64,000 nucleotides of DNA, taken from contig OZ242358.1 of assembly GCA_965208835.1 (NCBI GenBank), positions 3,392,001-3,456,000 on the forward strand. Direction: 5' to 3'. The stretch is from Candidatus Latescibacterota bacterium. Its GTDB lineage: Bacteria; Latescibacterota; UBA2968; GCA-2709665. Positions 56,851-64,000 of this stretch are shown here, one piece after another (position 1 is the first letter of the stretch; each line of letters begins with the position of its first letter). The position numbers and the translations under genes were made by a program. Below the pieces are notes generated by a model that saw nothing but the letters and a program-made list of their open reading frames with translations, made no database searches and had not been told where the DNA came from.

Positions 56851-58193
56851 TATATGTTTCTCCAGGCGTCAACCAGGCGCGCCACGTCCGCACCGGTCTT
56901 CGTTTCGGTTACGCACGCCAGGACACACCGGTCCAGTTCCGGATAAATGCGCCCCAGATCGATACCGCCCGCGATGCCCTTTATCCGTAACGCTTCGAGC
57001 GCTTCGCGCGCGGGGCGGGGCGTTTCAACCACGAATTCGTTGAACGACGCGCCCGAAAACTTCAGAGAAAGCCCGTCGATGCCGCACAGCGCGGACGCTG
57101 CTTCGTGGCTTCGGTTCCAGTTCAACATTCCAACTTCACGCAGGCCAACGGGCCCGAGAGACGCCAGATAGACGGTCGCGGCTGTCGCGCACAGCGTCTG
57201 ATTCGTGCAGATGTTCGAGGTTGCCCGTTCCCTTCGAATATGCTGTTCGCGTGTCTGGAGCGTCATCACAAACCCGCGCTTTCCGTCCACGTCGGTGGTC
57301 TGCCCGACCACACGCCCGGGCATTCGTCGAACATGCTGTTCGCGCGTGGCGAACATACCCACGTAGGGGCCGCCGTAGGACAACGGCAGGCCCAGGGGCT
57401 GACCGTCGCCGACCACAATGTCCGCTCCGAAGTCTCCCGGCGGCCGGATCACCCCGAGGGAAATCGGATTCACCGACGCCACGTAGGCCGACGGATGGTC
57501 CTGCAACAGGCTGCCCATCGCGTCCAGCGGTTCCAGCACACCCAGGAAATTCGGGTTCTGCACCACGACCGCGGCGGTATCGTCATTCAGCTCCGCCTCG
57601 ACAAGCTCGATGTCAATGGTTCCGGCGTCCGTCCAGGGAATCTCCACCAGTTCCAGTCCGATACCCCGAACGTAAGTCTCCACGACACGCCGGTAGAACG
57701 GGTGCAGGCTGCGCGGCAGCAGTACCCGCGTACCGTCGTTGATCCGGACCGCCATCATTACCGCTTCCGCCAGGGCGGATGCGCCGTCGTACATGGAGGC
57801 ATTGGCCACTTCCATACCGGTCAACTCGCAGACCATGGTCTGGAACTCGAAAATCGCCCGCAGCGTACCCTGGCTCACCTCCGGCTGATAGGGCGTATAT
57901 GCCGTATAGAACTCGCCGCGGGAAATCATCGCGTCGACGACGCTGGGCGTGAAGTGCTCATAGGCGCCGCCGCCCACGAACGACAGCTCCGGGGCCTGCT
58001 CCCGCGCCGAGCGGCCGAGTTCCTCAATCAGTCCCAACGCCTCCATCTCGCTGATTCCGGAAGGCAGATCCAGGGAACCCAGCCGCAGAGACTCCGGGAC
58101 GGGATCGAATAGCGTATCCGTTGAATCGATCCCTATCGTATCCAGCATCGTCCGAATGTCCTGATCCGTGTGCGGTGTATAATTCACGAACAC
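56850..58193 (-). CDS. gcvPA: glycine dehydrogenase subunit 1
   Basis: YTPYQPEVSQG, NASMYDGA, REQHIRRERATSNICTN. Confidence 0.96.
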   Translation of the reverse strand: MFVNYTPHTDQDIRTMLDTIGIDSTDTLFDPVPESLRLGSLDLPSGISEMEALGLIEELGRSAREQAPELSFVGGGAYEHFTPSVVDAMISRGEFYTAYTPYQPEVSQGTLRAIFEFQTMVCELTGMEVANASMYDGASALAEAVMMAVRINDGTRVLLPRSLHPFYRRVVETYVRGIGLELVEIPWTDAGTIDIELVEAELNDDTAAVVVQNPNFLGVLEPLDAMGSLLQDHPSAYVASVNPISLGVIRPPGDFGADIVVGDGQPLGLPLSYGGPYVGMFATREQHVRRMPGRVVGQTTDVDGKRGFVMTLQTREQHIRRERATSNICTNQTLCATAATVYLASLGPVGLREVGMLNWNRSHEAASALCGIDGLSLKFSGASFNEFVVETPRPAREALEALRIKGIAGGIDLGRIYPELDRCVLACVTETKTGADVARLVDAWRNI

Positions 58194-58224
58194 AACCTCG
58201 TATATTGAAACGGTGGAAACGAAC

Positions 58225-58953
58225 CTATTTCTTCAAATACGTGTACTCCAGCCCATCTGATGGCTGCCACCCCAGGATCCGCTTTGCCTTCTCGTTTGAA
58301 AACTGTCCGTGCGGGCGATCGCCGAAAATGTTGATGGCTTCGCACCGCGAAGGCAACCGGTCCAGTTCGATGGTCAGCCCCGGAACGAACGCGGCGGCCG
58401 CGTCGCGCCACGATACCAGAAACGACCAGTCCCGAACCGGCTCGGTCGACGGGTCGTGATCTCTGAAGATGTAGAACATAAAACACAACACGTAAACGTC
58501 GCAATGCGCCGTAAAGATCCGACAGATTTCCTGTCCCAGACCCTTTGAAAGCGCGTACAGGTTCGTACCGGGCATCGGCGGCACGTCGGGGCCGATCCCA
58601 TAGTCCCACCCCTCATAGGGTGCGCCCTGTACGGTAAAATGCGGGCCCGTATTGATGACGCGACGGACTCCGTGTTTGACCGCCGCGCGCATGATGTTGT
58701 AGCACCCCAGTGCATTCACGTCGAATGCGACCTTTCGATGCGGCCGCAGGACGGACAGGTTGATGATTGCATCCATTCCGTCGGCCGTGCGCATGACGGC
58801 ATCCGGGTCCGCGACGTCCACGGGGATCATCTCATGCGGCGTCTCAAACGGTTCCAGATCCGTTATCCGAAGCGAAACGTGTTCCTCCAGGGCCTTGACG
58901 ACATGCGGCCCCAGCATCCCGTTGCCGCCATAAATCACGACCTTCATTACCAT
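58225..58953 (-). CDS. NAD-dependent epimerase/dehydratase (SDR), tandem copy 3
   Basis: YGGNGMLG, LYALSK. Confidence 0.85.
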   Translation of the reverse strand: MVMKVVIYGGNGMLGPHVVKALEEHVSLRITDLEPFETPHEMIPVDVADPDAVMRTADGMDAIINLSVLRPHRKVAFDVNALGCYNIMRAAVKHGVRRVINTGPHFTVQGAPYEGWDYGIGPDVPPMPGTNLYALSKGLGQEICRIFTAHCDVYVLCFMFYIFRDHDPSTEPVRDWSFLVSWRDAAAAFVPGLTIELDRLPSRCEAINIFGDRPHGQFSNEKAKRILGWQPSDGLEYTYLKK

Positions 58954-59047
58954 CTCCAATCGTGTGCATACCTCGATGTTCGAACGTCCAGGCCGCTCGC
59001 GCCGCGCCGTATGATGTATCGGCGCCGGTCCGCGGATTCCCGGCTGG

Positions 59048-59776
59048 CTATTTTTTCAGGTACGTGTATTCCAGCCCGTCCCTCGGTTTCCACCCCAGGA
59101 TCCGTCTGGCCTTCGCGTTCGTAAAGTGCCCGTGCGGCCGGTCGCCGAAAATATCGAATACCTCGCATCTTGAATGCAGACGATCCAGTGGGATCTCCAG
59201 TCCGGGGAGGAACGCGTCGGCCGCATCCCGCCACGTCACCATAAATGACCGGTCATGAACCGGTTGAGAGGACGGGTCGTGACCGCGAAAACTCCAGAAC
59301 AGGTAACACAGCACGTACACGTCGAAGTTCGAGGTGAAGATCCGGCAGATTTCCTGGCCCAACCCCTTCGAAAGCGCATACAGGTTCGTTCCCGGCCTGG
59401 GGGGCACATCCGGACCGATGTGATAATCCCAGTCCACGTAGGATTCGCCCTGCACGGTAAAGTGCGGCCCCGTGTTGATGACGCGCCGGATCCCGTTTTT
59501 CACGGCCGCGCGCATCACGTTATAACATCCCAGGGTATTCACGTCGAACGCGGTCTTTCGATGCGGCCGCAGAACCGACAGGTTGATGATCGCGTCCATC
59601 CCTTCCGCCGCGCGCATCACGGCCTCCGGATCCGCCACGTCCACGGGCATCATCTCGTGGCACGTTTCAAACGGCTCCAGATCCGTAATCCGAAGGGTCA
59701 CGCGCCTTTCAAGCGCCTTTACGACATGCGGCCCCAGCATCCCGTTGCCGCCATAAATTACGACCTTCACTCTCAT
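59048..59776 (-). CDS. NAD-dependent epimerase/dehydratase (SDR), tandem copy 2
   Basis: Near-identical paralog; YGGNGMLG, LYALSK. Confidence 0.85.
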   Translation of the reverse strand: MRVKVVIYGGNGMLGPHVVKALERRVTLRITDLEPFETCHEMMPVDVADPEAVMRAAEGMDAIINLSVLRPHRKTAFDVNTLGCYNVMRAAVKNGIRRVINTGPHFTVQGESYVDWDYHIGPDVPPRPGTNLYALSKGLGQEICRIFTSNFDVYVLCYLFWSFRGHDPSSQPVHDRSFMVTWRDAADAFLPGLEIPLDRLHSRCEVFDIFGDRPHGHFTNAKARRILGWKPRDGLEYTYLKK

Positions 59777-59868
59777 CTCCAATCGTGCGTATACCCGCGC
59801 CCGGACATCCGCAGCGTTCGCGGCGCGCCGTACGATGTACCGGCGCCGGCCCGCGGATTCCCGGTTGT

Positions 59869-60591
59869 CTATCTTTTAATGTACGTGTATTCGAGCCCGT
59901 CCCTCGGCTGCCACCCCAGGATCCGTCTTGCCTTCGCGTTTGTATAGTGCCCGTGCGGCCGGTCGCCGAGAATATTGAACACCTCGCATCTTGACGGCAG
60001 ACGCTCCAGTGGAATTTCCAGTCCGGGGAGGAACGCGCCGGCGGCATCCCGCCACGTCACAATAAAAGGCCGGTCGTGAACCGGTTGAGAGGACGGGTCG
60101 TGACCGCGAAAACTCCAGAACAGGTAACACAGCACGTACACGTCGAAGTGCGAGGTGAAGATCCGGCAGATTTCCTGGCCCAGTCCCTTGGACAGCACAT
60201 ACAGACCCGTTCCCGGCCTGGGGGGGACGTCCGGACCGAAGTGAAAGTCCCAGTCCCTGAAGGGGTCGCCCTGTACGGTAAAGTACGGCCCCGTGTTGAT
60301 CACGCGCCGGATCCCGTTCCTCACAGCCGCACGCATCACGTTGTAGCATCCCAGGGTATTCACGTCGAACGCGATTTTTCGATGCGGCCGCAGAACCGAC
60401 AGGTTGATGATCGCGTCCATCCCTTCCGCGGCGCCCATGACACCCACAGGGTCCGCCACGTCCACGGGCATCATCTCGTGGGGCGTTTCAAACGGCTCCA
60501 GGTCCGTAATCCGAAGGGACACGCGCCCTTCAAGCGCCTTTACGACGTGCGGCCCCAGCATCCCGTTGCCGCCGTAGATCACGACTTTCAT
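59869..60591 (-). CDS. NAD-dependent epimerase/dehydratase (SDR), tandem copy 1
   Basis: YGGNGMLG, LYVLSK. Confidence 0.85.
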   Translation of the reverse strand: MKVVIYGGNGMLGPHVVKALEGRVSLRITDLEPFETPHEMMPVDVADPVGVMGAAEGMDAIINLSVLRPHRKIAFDVNTLGCYNVMRAAVRNGIRRVINTGPYFTVQGDPFRDWDFHFGPDVPPRPGTGLYVLSKGLGQEICRIFTSHFDVYVLCYLFWSFRGHDPSSQPVHDRPFIVTWRDAAGAFLPGLEIPLERLPSRCEVFNILGDRPHGHYTNAKARRILGWQPRDGLEYTYIKR

Positions 60592-60623
60592 TACCGTCTC
60601 CAGCGTCGCGCGGAAATGATGAT

Positions 60624-61268
60624 TCAGATGCCGAGGGCTTCTTTGGCCTGGCCGATGGGGAACCTTGCGTTTTCGACCTCGGACTGCACGTGCAGCACCC
60701 GCCACATCGGCCCGTCTATCGTAAGTGCCGATGCGATGGCCCTGACCGCGTCCTTCACCGACAGCGCGGCGTCGCCGTCGCCGCCAACTTCCCCGAGTCG
60801 CAAACACGTCACGCGCACCGAGTGTTCCCGCGCGAATTCTCTGCACGTGAATTCACCCAGGTACTTCCCAATGGGTCCCGCGTCCGTGGACGGCCTCGGC
60901 GCCCACTGCTCGGTCACGTTCCAGTTCGGATCGCACGTCTCGAACAGGCTCATCGAACTGAGGTACACCACGTGGCCGACGTTTTTTTCCCTGGCGGCTA
61001 CCATCAGATTGTACGTACAGCGCGTCTGGAAATCGATCTCGCGCTCGTCACTCCGTTGGCCTTCGGGCAGTTCCGCGACATGCACGATCGCATCCATTCC
61101 TTCCACCAGCGATTCCGTCTCGCCATCGTGGCCCAACTCGCACTGACGAAAGGGAAACTCCGTGGTGACGTCCGAGACGTCGGTCAACGTCACTTCGTGC
61201 TGCTGCGAAAGATCCGCCGCCAATGCCTGGGCAAGCGCCGTCCCCGCCGATGTAATCAGTAATTTCAT
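60624..61268 (-). CDS. degenerate SDR/epimerase-like protein
   Basis: Rossmann pattern (MKLLIT, GMDAIVH, TYNLMVAA, VYLSS) but no GxxGxxG and no YxxxK Tyr. Confidence 0.75.
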   Translation of the reverse strand: MKLLITSAGTALAQALAADLSQQHEVTLTDVSDVTTEFPFRQCELGHDGETESLVEGMDAIVHVAELPEGQRSDEREIDFQTRCTYNLMVAAREKNVGHVVYLSSMSLFETCDPNWNVTEQWAPRPSTDAGPIGKYLGEFTCREFAREHSVRVTCLRLGEVGGDGDAALSVKDAVRAIASALTIDGPMWRVLHVQSEVENARFPIGQAKEALGI

Positions 61269-61385
61269 GAATCATACTCCTGTAATTGAAACCACATCCG
61301 TACGTGGACAGGTAGACTTTCACCGCCAGATAAGGTTGTCAGTCCTGCTATAGCGACTGCTGTCTACGCGCATACAAACCGCGTC

Positions 61386-61709
61386 CTAAACGGCAACCAC
61401 GCGTCGTTGTCCCTCCCCGCTTTCTGACGGGATGATTCTGATCTCGATATCGCGATTCAGGCGGGTAAGGAATGTCATCAGACGCTCTACGCTGTAGTGG
61501 TTAAACTTCCCCCTCTTGAGACGGGATATTTCGGGTTGCTGCACTCCCAGGATTTCCGCGGCTTCCGCCTGCGTCAGCTTCCGTCTTCCTATAATTCGAA
61601 ACACCTCAAAACCGAGCGATGCCTTTAGAAACAGCTCACCCGCTTCGGGTAATTCCAGATCCTCGAACACGTTGCCTGAACTCCGCTCAACGGCGATCTC
61701 ATCGCTCAT
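61386..61709 (-). CDS. XRE-family HTH antitoxin (HigA-like)
   Basis: SSGNVFEDL, LTQAEAAEILGVQQPEISRL, SVERLM. Confidence 0.88.
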   Translation of the reverse strand: MSDEIAVERSSGNVFEDLELPEAGELFLKASLGFEVFRIIGRRKLTQAEAAEILGVQQPEISRLKRGKFNHYSVERLMTFLTRLNRDIEIRIIPSESGEGQRRVVAV

Positions 61710-61790
61710 GCTTCGCCTCCAGTTGCTGTGCCGCTTTCAGGCGTCTCCTCATTGGATCCACCTCTTTCGCCGGGATCACTCGGAGATCAT
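61699..61790 (-). pseudogene. remnant of a RelE/Gp49-like toxin gene
   Basis: VIPAKEVDPMRRRLKAAQQLEAKHER* overlaps the antitoxin start and resembles Gp49/HigB C-termini; preceded by an out-of-frame ATG at 61790. Confidence 0.55.
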
Positions 61791-61796
61791 GAAATA

Positions 61797-61825
61797 AATA
61801 TAACCATTTGGATATAAATTGTCAA
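61797..61825 (-). promoter_or_regulatory. TA promoter with palindromic operator
   Basis: TTGACA-17 nt-TATATT; overlapping imperfect palindrome TATATCCA-AA-TGGTTATA. Confidence 0.65.
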
Positions 61826-61869
61826 GGTCTTCGATCCAGGTATTGCAATATAGACCCTCTTCGGTCGGC

Positions 61870-62388
61870 CTAAAGATGTCGATAAAGGGTCACCTGGTGC
61901 TGGGCAATATTGAAACCCGCTTTCTCGTATGCGCGGCGCGCCGGGGCGTGACCCTCGTCCAGACCCGTACCCACGCACGCAAAACGGAGGCCCTCAGACC
62001 TGAAGCAATCCAGGGCGTAGCGATACATTGCCGTACCGAGCCCGTTGCCCTGTGCTTCGGGCGCAACGGCATTGTTCGTTATTCTGCCCAGGGACTTCCT
62101 CTGATCGATCGAAAACGTCAGGAATGCCGCCACACGCCCCGTCTGTGTGGCAACGACAACGCGGAACCACTCCGGATGCGCCTCCCAGTGGCGGCGGACC
62201 GCGGCCGTTTTCTCATCCTCCCAATTCGCGCACAACACGGCGTGCATTTCCTCACCCATGATTTCAGCGGTACTCGCGTGGATCCTCTGCCACGCCTGGC
62301 GGGCGATCTCACCCACGCGCTCCATATCTCCCGAAGCCGCGCGTCGTATTTGAAACCCTGCGGCGAGTTCGGAATCCGGAAGGCTCAT
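61870..62388 (-). CDS. GNAT N-acetyltransferase
   Basis: AVAPEAQGNGLG, ARRAYEKAGF. Confidence 0.88.
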   Translation of the reverse strand: MSLPDSELAAGFQIRRAASGDMERVGEIARQAWQRIHASTAEIMGEEMHAVLCANWEDEKTAAVRRHWEAHPEWFRVVVATQTGRVAAFLTFSIDQRKSLGRITNNAVAPEAQGNGLGTAMYRYALDCFRSEGLRFACVGTGLDEGHAPARRAYEKAGFNIAQHQVTLYRHL

Positions 62389-62655
62389 CCATCCCCCTGG
62401 TTTTCGTTATTTGGCGCCTGGTCCTGAATGGAGTCTGCAGCAGGAAGAGCGAATGGACTTCACGTGCGGAACGCGTTACCCTCGGCCGTTGCACTGCAGT
62501 GAAACGTCATCAGGACAGGACGCGCAGTCGACGGCGCTGTTCGCGAAATATAAAGGCGTTGACATTCGGTCGGGAGCCGATATCTTGAAATCGAATTCTT
62601 GACAGTCCGTTGACAGTGTCGCTCTGCATGCGGGGCACGAAAGGAGCCTAACCGG

Positions 62656-63420
62656 ATGAAACTTGGAATCGTCACCTATCAGATCGCGAAAGACTGGGAT
62701 GTCCCCACACTGATCGACATGTGCCACACCACGGGAATCCAGGGCGTCGAACTTCGCACCACCCACGCACACGGCGTGGAGATCGCGCTTTCAGCCGCTG
62801 AACGGAGCGCTGTCCGACGTCGGTTCGAAGACGCGGAAGTCGACATCGTCGGCCTGGGAAGCGTCTACGAGTACCATGACGCGGATCCGGAGACCGTGCG
62901 CCGGAACATCGACGGGACCGTCGAATACGCGAGACTCGCCGCGGACCTGGGCTGCTCCGGCGTCAAGGTGCGTCCCAACGCGCTGCAGACGGACAAAGGC
63001 ATTCCGGAAGAAGAGACCCTGGAACAGATCGGGCGTGCGTTGGGAGAATGCGGCGAAGCAACCGTGGACCTGGGCGTCCAGATTCGCGTCGAGGTCCACG
63101 GCAGGGACACGTGCGAACCCCGGCGCATGCGCACGATCATCGACCATGCCGGCCACGACAACGTCTACATCTGCTGGAACTGCAACCCCCAGGACGTCGT
63201 TGACGGCTCGGTGAGGAGCGGCTTCGACTTGCTGAGACACAAAATCGGGCTCGTGCACATCAACGAATTGCACAAAGCCGAATACCCCTGGCGGGAACTC
63301 TTCGGGCTGCTGAAAGCCGAAGGATACGACGGATACACCCTGGCCGAAATCCCCGACAGCCCGGAGCCGGAACGTCTCCTGCGTTACTACAAAGCGCTGT
63401 GGCAGGCGCTCATGGTCTAG
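62656..63420 (+). CDS. sugar phosphate isomerase/epimerase (xylose isomerase-like TIM barrel)
   Basis: GVELR, VEVHG, VHI, GYDGYTLAE. Confidence 0.85.
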   Translation: MKLGIVTYQIAKDWDVPTLIDMCHTTGIQGVELRTTHAHGVEIALSAAERSAVRRRFEDAEVDIVGLGSVYEYHDADPETVRRNIDGTVEYARLAADLGCSGVKVRPNALQTDKGIPEEETLEQIGRALGECGEATVDLGVQIRVEVHGRDTCEPRRMRTIIDHAGHDNVYICWNCNPQDVVDGSVRSGFDLLRHKIGLVHINELHKAEYPWRELFGLLKAEGYDGYTLAEIPDSPEPERLLRYYKALWQALMV

Positions 63421-64000
63421 CAGCCCCGTATCCGGAAGCTCCATACTTCGGATTTGTGGGTAAACCAAAGTCTGCCCGAGCGAATGACAATGCCCGCATT
63501 CGCATTCACCGGGGGCGTTCCCAGCGACGCGTGTTCGAACGAACCCGGTTCGATCCGAACGATCGCGTTGCGAAAGAGCGCGTAGATCATATTGTCGGGC
63601 CCCGCCGCCATGATCCTGGGGGCCTGTTGGCCCGCCAGGTCGCCGTAAGGCAGCTTCGCCTCGAAGTGGACGATCTCGCGCGACCCGGGATCGAAAACGA
63701 AGAATGCGGATCCGGCGGCCAGGCCGTAGATCAATCCGTCGGGACCCAGGAGCATGTCAGGAATCACCGTGGCGCCGGGCACAACCACCTCGCGAAAAAG
63801 CACACGGCCTTCATCCGGATCCAGAATGTAGAGTTCCGCCTCCTTCGCGTGCGTCTCACCTCCCGTGCCGGGACTGATCGTCGTCCCGCACACGATGTTC
63901 CCGTCCGGCAGCGCCGCAATCGATACCGTGCTGTGGGCGGGAATCAGCTCCTCGTGTGTCAACAGCGTATGGCTCCCGGACCCGGTATCCCAGATCAGCA
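63417..64000 (-). CDS. beta-propeller-like protein, 5' end beyond window
   Basis: Repeated GPDGLIY / FVFDP / GPDNMIY blades; frame open to the window edge. Confidence 0.6.
   Translation of the reverse strand, partial: LIWDTGSGSHTLLTHEELIPAHSTVSIAALPDGNIVCGTTISPGTGGETHAKEAELYILDPDEGRVLFREVVVPGATVIPDMLLGPDGLIYGLAAGSAFFVFDPGSREIVHFEAKLPYGDLAGQQAPRIMAAGPDNMIYALFRNAIVRIEPGSFEHASLGTPPVNANAGIVIRSGRLWFTHKSEVWSFRIRGC

Noticed and set aside
58225-60591. Possible DGR template/variable repeat pair among the SDR copies
   Set aside because: Whole-gene duplications, no adenine-specific pattern noticed by eye, and no reverse transcriptase in the window.
1-64000. CRISPR arrays, tRNA/rRNA genes, transposases, prophage
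   Set aside because: No regularly spaced direct repeats, RNA-gene signatures or such protein motifs recognised by eye.

Overview
High-GC bacterial chromosomal window. Gene content suggests an FCB-group, Ca. Latescibacterota-like organism (inference only). Left to right: (1) a lower-GC end with two genes framed by integron attC/attI-like sites but no integrase; (2) a family-B DNA polymerase and a flippase; (3) an ~18.6 kb respiratory supercluster (HEAT protein, Rieske, split b6-type cytochrome b, octaheme cytochrome c, putative blue-copper protein, aa3-type oxidase II-I-III-IV, CtaA, CtaB, ABC transporter, SCO) with a divergent 2x[4Fe-4S] protein; (4) the housekeeping block yggS-yggT-divIVA-mtnP-NUDIX-ileS-dksA-lspA-rluD; (5) a catabolic and envelope region (Rph-like dikinase, UxuA-like, DMFase-beta-like, amidase, oxidoreductases, glycosyltransferases); (6) ferritin, a sigma70 factor with a long structured leader, gcvPA/PB, a tandem SDR triplication and a toxin-deleted TA relic. 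Most notable: a ~28-aa helical motif occurs twice in the cytoplasmic N-terminus of the Rieske protein and once at the N-terminus of the neighbouring ferredoxin-domain protein. This suggests a ferredoxin-tethered Rieske/cytochrome b complex, next to an oxidase that appears to lack the K-channel lysine. At least three MITE-like families occupy intergenic spacers, one nested in another. No rRNA, tRNA or CRISPR array was recognised.
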